A program made the position numbers and the translations under genes. Of a DNA stretch of 64,000 nucleotides, positions 46,183 to 54,807 are shown one piece after another. Where the stretch lies: contig DATEZQ010000001.1 of assembly GCA_035583355.1 (NCBI GenBank), forward strand, positions 10,566 through 74,565. The letters are read 5' to 3'. Positions within the stretch are counted from its first letter, which is position 1; each line of letters begins with the position of its first letter. The notes under the pieces were generated by a model. That model worked only from the letters and a program-made list of their open reading frames with translations. It searched no databases and was not told the DNA's origin. Source of the stretch: Minisyncoccota bacterium. Lineage in GTDB: Bacteria > Patescibacteriota > Minisyncoccia > Phycocordibacterales > UBA6899.

Positions 46183-47070
46183 ATGACGATGAAAACGATC
46201 CTTGTAGCAAAGACGGGAAAGACGACTTACCTTGCCCTCGGTAATACAGAAGAGCAGATAAAAAAGGTTGGGCGCAAGCTTGTGGCACCACATATTTTGC
46301 GTGAAAAGATAAAAGCATTTGATGTGAAGGAGGGAAAGCTCACTGATGATGAATGGTTTGCACTTCCGGTGATTGGAGAAGATGAGAGTCTGATTACTCC
46401 ATACATCGAAGCAGCGATGGCTCCGCTCGATGACAAACGCATCGAGGAGCTGGACCTTGGACAAGTGCGCGCGCTTGCGCTCGTTACTACTGATGGGGTT
46501 CCTCGCGAGAGTACGATCATTGTGAGTAAGGTGACCAAGGCGAATATCTTTGATCGCAAGACATTGCTCGAGTTCGGCGTGCATGGTGTTGCTGTAGAAG
46601 AACGTACGCGTGGTATCGAACTTCCTGATGAGGTGCATGCATATTACAAAGATGGAAAACTATTCTTCAAGAGTTTTGCATTCTTCGCTGCACTTTTTCC
46701 AAATGGAGATAAGTTCTATCGCGAAGCAACAGACGAAGAGGTGAATAAATTCTGTAGTCTTGAGATGTTCCTTCTTGGTGAAGAGTTCGATGCTAACACC
46801 ATCGGACGCAGGCAGCGCAAGCAGATCGCACTCTCATTGCCGCTTATGCCCGACTTCAGTGATGATGAGGTACGTAAAGATCTTGCGAACTATGCGCGTG
46901 AGTACCTTATGCCCGAAGATATCGAACGCATGGTCCATGGTGATCGTTTCTCGATTGATACGCTCAAAGATTTGGGTTTCGTTTTCCATCTCGTATTCGG
47001 CGACTACTATACGCATGGACTGACGGGAGACAAAATGATTGCGCGCCGTAGCGAGAAGCTGATTGGTTAA
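46183..47070 (+). CDS. hypothetical protein (~295 aa)
   Basis: Coding-like. No family confidently recognised. Confidence 0.4.
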   Translation: MTMKTILVAKTGKTTYLALGNTEEQIKKVGRKLVAPHILREKIKAFDVKEGKLTDDEWFALPVIGEDESLITPYIEAAMAPLDDKRIEELDLGQVRALALVTTDGVPRESTIIVSKVTKANIFDRKTLLEFGVHGVAVEERTRGIELPDEVHAYYKDGKLFFKSFAFFAALFPNGDKFYREATDEEVNKFCSLEMFLLGEEFDANTIGRRQRKQIALSLPLMPDFSDDEVRKDLANYAREYLMPEDIERMVHGDRFSIDTLKDLGFVFHLVFGDYYTHGLTGDKMIARRSEKLIG

Positions 47071-47144
47071 TGAGGAGTATGTTTGACAGACCTCGTTCTT
47101 GATAGTAGTTTGCGGTTTAGAAGTATGACCTCATGGAGGTGTAC

Positions 47145-47381
47145 ATGAAATCCATCACGATTACGTTGCCGACTTTGTCTCGGCCGGCCATGATTATCCT
47201 CAGCTTCGCACTTGCGAGCCTAATTTGCTTCATTATCGGCTGGTGGCGCGGCAGGGACTTTAAGATCACGGGATACCCGATTCCTCTTCCGAATCACTTC
47301 AAAGGGTGCGGATCCTACTTGCTCGGTTGGGTCCTTGCAATCATCGCCGTGGCCCTTGCGCTCGGTAGACTCATGAAATAG
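47145..47381 (+). CDS. small membrane protein (hypothetical)
   Basis: GGAGG 5 nt upstream of the ATG. Two TM helices. Confidence 0.35.
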   Translation: MKSITITLPTLSRPAMIILSFALASLICFIIGWWRGRDFKITGYPIPLPNHFKGCGSYLLGWVLAIIAVALALGRLMK

Positions 47382-47401
47382 CCCCTCGGGGCTATTTTCT
47401 T
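47380..47401 (+). terminator. intrinsic terminator
   Basis: tagcccctcggggctatttt. Confidence 0.65.
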
Positions 47402-47461
47402 TTGGAATCGATCTTGTCTGGGATTCCTAGAAATTGCCTAATTTATGGTATTTTGAAGCAA

Positions 47462-47501
47462 TATTCCCTTATTCCCTCATTCCCTTATTCCCTCATACCC
47501 C
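47462..47501. repeat. tandem ATTCCCTY 8-mer repeats (x4 plus a degenerate copy) upstream of the rplU promoter
   Basis: attccctt attccctc attccctt attccctc ataccc. Confidence 0.8.
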
Positions 47502-47567
47502 TGTATTTTGTATTTCCCCTATATATCCCTTGCGTTTTTTGGAAATCTGGTGTATATTATCCCCACT

Positions 47568-47876
47568 ATGGCATTCGCAGTAATCGCAACAGGCGGCAAG
47601 CAATATAAGGTAGCAGTCGGAGACACTGTCTCGATTGAGAAGCTTGATACGCTCGAAAATACAGTTACCTTCAACGATGTTCTCCTTGTTGACGATGGTT
47701 CTTCAACAAAGATTGGTGCTCCGTATATCGCGGGTGCATCAGTCACTGCAGAAGTCGTCGAGCAGGGTAAGGGTCCAAAGATTTATGTCGTGAAGTATCA
47801 CGCCAAGAGTCGTTACTATAAGAAGAACGGACACCGCCAGCCTTTTACGCTCGTAAAGATCACCGCAATCAAGTAA
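47568..47876 (+). CDS. rplU: 50S ribosomal protein L21
   Basis: MAFAVIATGGKQYKV...KKNGHRQPFT is characteristic of L21. Confidence 0.9.
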   Translation: MAFAVIATGGKQYKVAVGDTVSIEKLDTLENTVTFNDVLLVDDGSSTKIGAPYIAGASVTAEVVEQGKGPKIYVVKYHAKSRYYKKNGHRQPFTLVKITAIK

Positions 47877-47883
47877 TTGCAAT

Positions 47884-47913
47884 AACAAAACCCCACTCGG
47901 GGTTTTGTTTTTT
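47884..47913 (+). terminator. intrinsic terminator after rplU
   Basis: aaaacccc-actc-ggggtttt plus a T-run. Confidence 0.75.
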
Positions 47914-47966
47914 GACGACATATATTTTGAACTGATGTCTATCGGTCAACAAAACATCAAAATTCC

Positions 47967-48010
47967 ATCCACAGACTTAAGTAGACGGCCGTCTACTTAA
48001 GTCTGTGGAT
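47967..48010. repeat. 44-nt perfect palindrome (22-bp arms)
   Basis: atccacagacttaagtagacgg|ccgtctacttaagtctgtggat. Confidence 0.9.
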
Positions 48011-48113
48011 TCCTTTTCACTTGGTTGTGGTGGTCGTGGTGGTCGTGGTGTTTGATGCAGAGTAAATAGAATTGTTGTATCTCTGTGGCAATACGATACA
48101 ATAGGAGGACTGT

Positions 48114-49331
48114 ATGCAAAAATATCTCAACGACCGTTTCGGTATCACGTTTCCTGTGTTCATTCTCTCTGTGGTGAGTTTTTTGAATGACGTCGCAACG
48201 GATATGATCTATCCAATCATTCCAATCTTCCTTACTCAAGTCATTGGTGCCCCAGTACAAGTACTCGGACTTATCGAAGGAGTTGCAGAGTCTACCGCAA
48301 GCTTTCTCAAGGTAGCCGCAGGTGTCATTTCTGATAAGCTTGAGCGACGCAAGCCATTTGTAGTCCTTGGTTATGTCCTCTCTGCTACCGCAAAGCTCTT
48401 CTTTGGATTCGCATACTCTTGGCATGCTGTTCTCGGTGGAAAATTCGCAGATAGGCTGGGGAAGGGAACGCGTACTTCGGCGCGTGATGCATTTATCGCG
48501 GAGAATTCAGCACCCAAGGATAGAGGAGTGGTCTTTGGTTTTCATCGTGGTATGGATACACTCGGAGCGGTCTTTGGTCCACTTATTGGAATCGTGTTAC
48601 TCTCGTATTTTCCAAATAACTTCCGTGAGATATTCCTCTTCTCGCTCATTCCAACCGTTTTCGCAATTGCACTCCTTATTATTTTCATCAAGGAGAAAGA
48701 GAAGGCTCCTGATACGATTCGTGTGACGATTCCTCTCCGCATCATGGTGAAGAATCTTTCGTATCCATTTTTTGCATTTCTTTTGGTGAGTGCGATGTTC
48801 GCGATCGGTAATAGCTCTGACGCATTTCTGATTTTGAAAGCGAATAATCTCGGCTATTCTCTGGTCATGGTGGTTGCACTCTTTGCCACATTCAATTTCA
48901 CGTATGCACTACTCTCGGTGCCTGCAGGTATTGTGGCGGACAAGGTGGGGCCAAGAAATATCATGATTGTCGGCTTTCTGGTGTTTGGCATCATTTACCT
49001 TCTTTTTGGCTATGTACAAACGCCAGCACTGCTCTGGGTACTCTTTCCACTCTATGGGGTCTATATGGCCTTTACAGATGGCGTAGGGAAGGCCTACATA
49101 TCGAATATTATCCCGCATGAGCAGTTGGGTACCGCATATGGTATCCATCAGACGGTTGTCGGCTTCTGCGCATTCTTCGCTTCGATTATCGCCGGTTTCC
49201 TCTGGGCGAATGTGAGTTCATCCGCACCATTCATCTTTGGTGGATCGCTCGCAATTGCCGCAGCAGTACTCTTTCTCTTCGTGGGCCCAAAGGGGAAAGT
49301 CGTTATTGAGGCTCATCATCACGCATCATAA
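48114..49331 (+). CDS. MFS transporter
   Basis: 12 predicted TM helices and an MFS-like GxLaDrxGrR loop (GGKFADRLGKGTR). Confidence 0.85.
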   Translation: MQKYLNDRFGITFPVFILSVVSFLNDVATDMIYPIIPIFLTQVIGAPVQVLGLIEGVAESTASFLKVAAGVISDKLERRKPFVVLGYVLSATAKLFFGFAYSWHAVLGGKFADRLGKGTRTSARDAFIAENSAPKDRGVVFGFHRGMDTLGAVFGPLIGIVLLSYFPNNFREIFLFSLIPTVFAIALLIIFIKEKEKAPDTIRVTIPLRIMVKNLSYPFFAFLLVSAMFAIGNSSDAFLILKANNLGYSLVMVVALFATFNFTYALLSVPAGIVADKVGPRNIMIVGFLVFGIIYLLFGYVQTPALLWVLFPLYGVYMAFTDGVGKAYISNIIPHEQLGTAYGIHQTVVGFCAFFASIIAGFLWANVSSSAPFIFGGSLAIAAAVLFLFVGPKGKVVIEAHHHAS

Positions 49332-49336
49332 ATACC

Positions 49337-49777
49337 ATGAAATACACCGAATATCTCCAGTCGCTTGATCATGATAAGTGCCCGTTCTGTGATCCGGGGC
49401 AGCGTGTCTATCGCAAGAATGATGCTGCATATCTCACGTACGCGCTTGCGCCGTATCATCGCCATCATCTACTCATCATACCGAATCGCCACGTGCTCTC
49501 TCTGCTCGAAATGAGTGACGAGGAGAGTGCGCAGCTCTGGCACCTCATTAAGGAGGGTATGCAAACGATGCGTAGTCTTGGATATGAGAATCTCTCAGTG
49601 CTCGTACGCGAGGGGGAGGTGGGTGCGATTAAGTCTGTTGCGCATCTGCATTACCACATCATCCCGAATCATCGTATTGGTGACCTCGACATCAATGGCG
49701 AGGCGCGCAAGATATTAACTGAAGAGGAAGTGGAGGCGATAAGCAATGAGTTGCTTGCCGTCATGCCACAAGATTAA
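49337..49777 (+). CDS. HIT-family (histidine triad) protein
   Basis: HLHYHII histidine triad. Confidence 0.8.
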   Translation: MKYTEYLQSLDHDKCPFCDPGQRVYRKNDAAYLTYALAPYHRHHLLIIPNRHVLSLLEMSDEESAQLWHLIKEGMQTMRSLGYENLSVLVREGEVGAIKSVAHLHYHIIPNHRIGDLDINGEARKILTEEEVEAISNELLAVMPQD

Positions 49778-49814
49778 AAATAGCCACAAGGCTGTTTTTT
49801 GTTATACTGGACAT

Positions 49815-50579
49815 ATGAAAAAGCGAGCAGTTATCGTGACAGGCGGAGGTCGGGGTTTGGGGCGTATTATCGCGGAGCGCCTCGTTGAGAGCCTTAACGT
49901 CTTCATCGTCGGCCGTACGGAATCCGATCTAAGAGACACCTGCTCAGCTCTAAAGGCAAAAGGCCATGAAGCAGCATATTTTGTCGGGGATGTTTCTCTG
50001 CCTACTACTGCAGACAATGCTATTGCAGCACTCGAGGAACTCGGTTGGGATATTGCTGCGCTTGTCTGTAATGCAGGTATAGGGAAGAGCAGGCCGACCC
50101 ATGAGCTAGAGAATGCAGAGTGGCAACATATTCTTGATGTAAATCTCAACGGAAGTTTCTATTTCAGTAAAGCAGTATTGCCACTGATGAAAGAGCAGAA
50201 GTCGGGAGTACTCTGTTTCATCAGTAGTATCGCAGGAGTGCGAGGATATGCATATGAGGCTGCGTATGCCGCAAGCAAGCATGCAGTTGTTGGCTTAGCA
50301 AAAAGTATTGCAGCAGAGTATGGCAAGCATGGTATTGTGTCCGTTGCGCTCTGTCCGAATTTCATTGACGGTGAGATGACGGAGCGCACGATAAATGGAC
50401 TCGCGCAGCGACGTGGCATAACTGCACAGGAAGCGAGGGAAGTCATCGAGCAAGCGAATCCACAGAAGCGCATCATTCCACCGGAGGAAGTTGCGGAAAT
50501 GGTCGCCAATATTTGTACGAATAAAGTTCCATTGCTAAGTGGCACTGCGATAGTTATGGGAGGTGGAGGAGAACTATGA
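49815..50579 (+). CDS. SDR-family oxidoreductase
   Basis: TGGGRGLG cofactor motif and YxxxK (YAASK). Confidence 0.85.
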   Translation: MKKRAVIVTGGGRGLGRIIAERLVESLNVFIVGRTESDLRDTCSALKAKGHEAAYFVGDVSLPTTADNAIAALEELGWDIAALVCNAGIGKSRPTHELENAEWQHILDVNLNGSFYFSKAVLPLMKEQKSGVLCFISSIAGVRGYAYEAAYAASKHAVVGLAKSIAAEYGKHGIVSVALCPNFIDGEMTERTINGLAQRRGITAQEAREVIEQANPQKRIIPPEEVAEMVANICTNKVPLLSGTAIVMGGGGEL

Positions 50580-51241
50580 ACAAACAAAAAACAATTGACA
50601 CCCTGATTGCGTGGCTCGCAGAAAAAATTCCCGCAGGTGGCGGGATTCTTGTGCCAGTGAGCGGAGGCTCTGATAGCGCACTGAGTTTTTGGTTGAGCGC
50701 TCAGAAGTTAAAGGCACAGACGAAGGCAGTGTATATTGGCGAGAACCTGCGAAATAAAGAATGGTTTGATATGCTCGGAGCTGTCTCACTCGATACTGTT
50801 GATTTTGGGAAGAATAATCCTGAGGTGGGGAGATGGGCATATTTCCTCACACTCTGCCTCGAAGAGAATCGCGTGCTCGTCGGCTCTCGTAATCGCACCG
50901 AGATGTACTTGGGGACCTTTAGCAATGCGAGCCGCGTTTCCGCGCTGCTTCCACTTGCGGGTCTGTGGAAGAGCGAAGTGATGGAGCTCTGCAAATATGT
51001 TGGTGTGCCTGAAGATATTATTATATCGAGCAACCGTGCAGATCCTGAATGTGGACGCCCTGAAACGATGGCGGATATTTCACATGATGTCGTGGACCGA
51101 TTCTTGCAGACAAAACTCGGGCTTCCTGTGGGTGAGGGACTCTGTGAACCTACCGAAGCACAGCGCGCATATCTTGAGACGGTATATATGCAGAATCGAC
51201 ATAAGGCGCAGCTTCCATTCATAGGTCCCGAGGCAATATAG
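50576..51241 (+). CDS. nadE: NAD+ synthetase-like PP-loop ATPase
   Basis: PP-loop SGGSDS and GSRNRTEMYLGTFS resemble the NadE nucleotide-binding blocks. Confidence 0.65.
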   Translation: MNKQKTIDTLIAWLAEKIPAGGGILVPVSGGSDSALSFWLSAQKLKAQTKAVYIGENLRNKEWFDMLGAVSLDTVDFGKNNPEVGRWAYFLTLCLEENRVLVGSRNRTEMYLGTFSNASRVSALLPLAGLWKSEVMELCKYVGVPEDIIISSNRADPECGRPETMADISHDVVDRFLQTKLGLPVGEGLCEPTEAQRAYLETVYMQNRHKAQLPFIGPEAI

Positions 51242-51261
51242 TGCTTGAGCGAGTTGAAATC

Positions 51262-51286
51262 AAAAACAGCCAAGAGGCTGTTTTTG
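51262..51286. terminator. terminator hairpin aaaacagccaagaggctgttttt (a member of a related hairpin family)
   Basis: Near-identical copies at 51821-51844 and 49778-49801. Confidence 0.65.
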
Positions 51287-51288
51287 AT

Positions 51289-51771
51289 TTAGAATACGCA
51301 ATATGCGCGGGCGACACCTGCAGGCGTCGGAGTACGATAGGTGAGGTGTGGGTATATCGTAGTTTCTGTCGAAAAATAGATGGTATAGAGCGATGTCGTC
51401 GAGCAACCCGCATTTGCGTCAACCGGTGTCGGATCATAGGCATAGTAGAACGAGCCAGTGTTGATCGGATCAATCGGCAATTTGGGGATGTAGCTCTTGA
51501 GCTCATTCTCAAGAATATTCCACCCTAGTGTTGGTTCATGACTGCGCACTCGGTTGCTGCCGTCTGCGGTTGTGGTCGTTGGATACTTTGCGTTGGTGTC
51601 GAAGTAGAGTTCAAGCGCTCTTTGGAACTGGTTTATATCGCTGATACGTCGTGCGTCTCTCGACTTTGCACGTGCAGTAGATAGCGAGGCAAGTACAACG
51701 CTCGAGAGGAGAGCAATGATTGCAATAACCACAAGAAGTTCGATGAGGGTGAAGCCTTTCTGCTGTTTCAT
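51289..51771 (-). CDS. type IV pilin / pseudopilin (prepilin-type N-terminal methylation domain)
   Basis: KGFTLIELLVVIAIIALL prepilin signature after a short leader. Confidence 0.8.
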   Translation of the reverse strand: MKQQKGFTLIELLVVIAIIALLSSVVLASLSTARAKSRDARRISDINQFQRALELYFDTNAKYPTTTTADGSNRVRSHEPTLGWNILENELKSYIPKLPIDPINTGSFYYAYDPTPVDANAGCSTTSLYTIYFSTETTIYPHLTYRTPTPAGVARAYCVF

Positions 51772-51842
51772 GTATAAAGTATAGCATGGAGAAGAGTGCA
51801 TCTGGAAAGAAGATGGGGAAAGAAAAACAGCCGAGAGGCTGT

Positions 51843-52274
51843 TTATTTATTGAAACGATAGATAATGAATATACCCGTAAAGACGACTGCAGCTCCGATA
51901 AGCGTTGGGAGATTCACTTTGCTCTTAAAGAAAAGATAGCTAAATAGTGCAATGAAGATGGGGTAGGAGATTTCGATCAGGCCTGCGAGTGTTGCGCTCT
52001 TTGCAGTGATGGAATAACCAATGAAGAGTTCGGCGATAAGGAGGGAAATGATGCCTCCTGCAACATAGCCTAATAGCTGACGAGAAGAGGCAATTTGCTT
52101 TATATCCTCGACAAAATTGCCCGAGGAGAGCGATAAGATGGTTGTGATTGCAAAGACTACAAAAGAGGCGAGTGCGAGTGAGGTGAGCACCGAGATCTTC
52201 TTGTAAGCCTGCTCATTGAATACATACGTAATACCCCAGAAAGTCGATGCGCCCAGCGCGTAATATAGCCACAT
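51843..52274 (-). CDS. small DMT/EamA-like membrane protein
   Basis: Four TM helices, 143 aa. Confidence 0.4.
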   Translation of the reverse strand: MWLYYALGASTFWGITYVFNEQAYKKISVLTSLALASFVVFAITTILSLSSGNFVEDIKQIASSRQLLGYVAGGIISLLIAELFIGYSITAKSATLAGLIEISYPIFIALFSYLFFKSKVNLPTLIGAAVVFTGIFIIYRFNK

Positions 52275-52413
52275 AAGTATATTCTAACATGGGGAAGAAA
52301 GTCGAAAGTAAAAAATGAATAATTATACAAGAGTCTAGTAATCTTATTATATTTGTGATATAACAGGACAGTTCAAATAGAATTTAAAGGCAGGAACTGC
52401 TTAGATAATTGAA

Positions 52414-52596
52414 TATTACGGGATCGTCTAAAGGTAAGAATAGCCCTATGGGCACCAGGTATTCTTGCCCGATAGAGAGTCGCCACCGCGACCCTGATCA
52501 ACTCACGCCTTCGCAGGCTCAGTCGTTCACGGGTAGGAAAGAGGCCGGCCTCCGTCCGGCTCTCCGTAAGTATTGAATTGTTTTTAAATATAGTAT
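52414..52596 (+). repeat. partial duplication of the tRNA-Gln 5' region followed by a ~155-nt structured pseudo-tRNA-like segment
   Basis: tattacgggatcgtctaaaggta at 52414-52436 is identical to 52594-52616, the start of the true tRNA. The downstream part contains a T-arm-like GCCGG-CCTCCGT-CCGGC and CTCCGTA. Confidence 0.55.
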
Positions 52597-52667
52597 TACG
52601 GGATCGTCTAAAGGTAGGACAGAGGCCTTTGAAGCCTTTAATCTTGGTTCGATTCCAAGTCCCGTAG
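52597..52667 (+). tRNA. tRNA-Gln (anticodon UUG)
   Basis: Manual cloverleaf of TACGGGATCGTCTAAAGGTAGGACAGAGGCCTTTGAAGCCTTTAATCTTGGTTCGATTCCAAGTCCCGTAG. Anticodon loop CTTTGAA. CCA is not encoded. Confidence 0.8.
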
Positions 52668-52721
52668 CAATGGCCAAAAAGAACGCGAAAGCGTTCTTTT
52701 TGTTTGCCATTGCTAACGGGA
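52668..52721. terminator. bidirectional terminator at the centre of a ~43-bp-arm inverted repeat that includes the tRNA-Gln 3' end
   Basis: aaaaagaacgc-gaaa-gcgttcttttt. The arms extend through agcaatggcc/gccattgct to ttcgattccaagtcccgt on both sides. Confidence 0.65.
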
Positions 52722-52884
52722 CTTGGAATCGAACGGAGAGGGGTCGGGAGAGGAATACCTCTCCTGTGCAGGAAAGCAGGAGTCTTGTAGGCTCCGTCGA
52801 GAACCGTGGGTTCTTGAAGAGCTTTGCTGTGCGAGGCTCCTCTGGAGTGCGCACGCAAAGCGAGTGAGATATCCAAGCCCCATA
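52722..52884. ncRNA. candidate structured RNA/repeat element R2, paralog of 29921-30217
   Basis: Conserved blocks with R1 (see R1). Terminal helix GGGGCTTGG/CCAAGTCCC, or GGGACTTGG/CCAAGCCCC on the other strand. The termini copy the tRNA-Gln T-stem and acceptor. Confidence 0.4.
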
Positions 52885-53005
52885 GCAGTTTGAAGAAATT
52901 TCTGTTTCGGAACACGGCACATCAATGTAACACATTGATTAGTACAATTTTTACACTATGTGATACTATATGTGTATTTATGTAACTAATAATGAATTAA
53001 GTAAT

Positions 53006-54772
53006 ATGCAGCAAAAACAAGAATTCGCTTTGCGTAAACTAGAGGAAGAAATTTCCGCTAAGATCCTATCCGTTTCGCAGCAAGTCCGAACCGCAAGAAC
53101 AGCTGAACAGTTTTTTGATTTGACATGCGAGCTCTATGCAGTGGTTGAAAAGATGAAAAATGAGAATCTGCTCTGGGTCGGTAATAAAACAAATTACCCA
53201 GTTCTGTTTTTGAGTGCGGTATTGAGAAATGAGACGATTCAGAGAGAGTTGATAAGGGTTACTGAGGAGGAAGAAGGAATATATGATCAAGCCATCATCT
53301 CAAATACAAATCTTGAGTCCAAGCTATTAATACGAACATCATTACTGTTAGCATTCATGCCAATAGCAGTTGGGTTAGAATCTCTAGAGGAGGTGAATAT
53401 AGTTTTCTATAGAAAGGTTATAAATGATGCACTTAAGGAGGCCATCAGAAATTCGCAATCAAATATTTCTATAATTAGCGTCTGCTTTAAGATTGAAGGT
53501 ATTATAAAGACAAAAGATTATTTTCATGGAACATCTTCATTACTAATAGATGTTGGCGCTTTGTTCGAAGTATTAAAACTGTCAAGAATTTTATGTGGGA
53601 TATCGTCCGCGGCAATGCCAGTTACGCAAATATTGGCAGCACAGTTTTCCAAGTCAAATGAAAAAATTCTGTCATTTGAACTAAATTTGTCCGAAATCCT
53701 TTCAAGTGTTTATAGTTCAATTTTCAAAGTTAGTCGCAGTATTGAATATTATATAAACACTCCTGTTGACGAAAGCTCAATTCGTGAAGTTGGAAGGTAT
53801 AGTGATTTGTATCAAACTTCAAACGAAAAAAACCTAATTTTCTTTCTGGAAAAGATCTCTTCAGATTTTAACTTCCAAGAGGGTAGGAGATTTTATGAAG
53901 TAATGATCTCAAAAATTAGTTCAGCCGATTCTCTTCGACTTGAGTTGGTGGATTTTGCAACAAAACACCTTAGCGGATTCCGCGGTGATATAAGCGAGGA
54001 TCATGGTGAGTGGTCGAATAAGGTATTTATTACTTCCCTTAGACTTCTATCAGTTCTGTCTGTGATAAATTTAGCAAAAGATTCGAGATGGAAAGTGTCT
54101 ACGTCGGTTAGGGAGTATGTAAGATGGCTTGAGGAAGTTCATGGAATAATTAACAAATATTCTCTTGAGGATGACTGGTCTGCTATTTCTGATTTTGTTG
54201 ATGATGAAACGTCTGAGATTGAATGGAAGTCAACATTTTTTACACCAACAGAGCAAATGTATTCTTCTAAAGAATCAGATTCTTTAGTTAGTAGAAGTAT
54301 ATTTGGCAAAATATCAAAAACAGTATTGGGGATGATGAATACTTCAGGCGGAACTATTCTCGTTGGACTTGTAGAAAACCCGAAATTAATCATACGAGCT
54401 GATATTTCCGAGAAGTTAATATGCAAAAATGGAAAAACATTTTATGATGTCGGTTATGAACTAAGTCAGATTGGTAGGTCTCTTGATAGTGTTAGGCTTC
54501 AAATGCTTGAAAATTTGAAGAATATGACGGATGAGTCATCGGAAAAATTTAATGATCTTTTCACATTTATTCCTTTGCAAATTAAGTCGGGAGGCGCTTC
54601 GGTTACAATTGTAAAAATTCAGATTAAAAAAGGGGCTAGAAAGTTCTATTCAGTTAAAAAAGAAAATAATTCAGTTTGGATTTCTCTAGCAATGCGTGCT
54701 ATGGGGCAGACGATAGATGTAGATGTCAGGGATTACCTTCCTGAAGGAGATATAGAAAAGGCTCAGGATTAA
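53006..54772 (+). CDS. large hypothetical protein with Schlafen/AlbA_2-like domain, in an AT-rich island
   Basis: EIEWKSTFF...VLGMMNTSGGTILVGLVEN resembles the AlbA_2 (PF04326) signature. About 400 aa of N-terminal sequence has no known domain. Local GC is visibly lower than the flanks. ATG at 53006 is preferred over 52970. Confidence 0.55.
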   Translation: MQQKQEFALRKLEEEISAKILSVSQQVRTARTAEQFFDLTCELYAVVEKMKNENLLWVGNKTNYPVLFLSAVLRNETIQRELIRVTEEEEGIYDQAIISNTNLESKLLIRTSLLLAFMPIAVGLESLEEVNIVFYRKVINDALKEAIRNSQSNISIISVCFKIEGIIKTKDYFHGTSSLLIDVGALFEVLKLSRILCGISSAAMPVTQILAAQFSKSNEKILSFELNLSEILSSVYSSIFKVSRSIEYYINTPVDESSIREVGRYSDLYQTSNEKNLIFFLEKISSDFNFQEGRRFYEVMISKISSADSLRLELVDFATKHLSGFRGDISEDHGEWSNKVFITSLRLLSVLSVINLAKDSRWKVSTSVREYVRWLEEVHGIINKYSLEDDWSAISDFVDDETSEIEWKSTFFTPTEQMYSSKESDSLVSRSIFGKISKTVLGMMNTSGGTILVGLVENPKLIIRADISEKLICKNGKTFYDVGYELSQIGRSLDSVRLQMLENLKNMTDESSEKFNDLFTFIPLQIKSGGASVTIVKIQIKKGARKFYSVKKENNSVWISLAMRAMGQTIDVDVRDYLPEGDIEKAQD

Positions 54773-54807
54773 ATATTTATTATATTCGTGTTACAATTCG
54801 AAGCAAT

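Noticed and set aside
47462-47501. CRISPR array
   Set aside because: Only 8-nt tandem units with no spacers. No repeat-spacer architecture or cas genes were found anywhere in the window.
47997-48425. 142-aa His-rich minus-strand ORF
   Set aside because: It overlaps the N-terminal 300 nt of a clear 12-TM MFS gene. Its HHDHHDHH stretch is just the complement of the GGTGGTCGT repeats.
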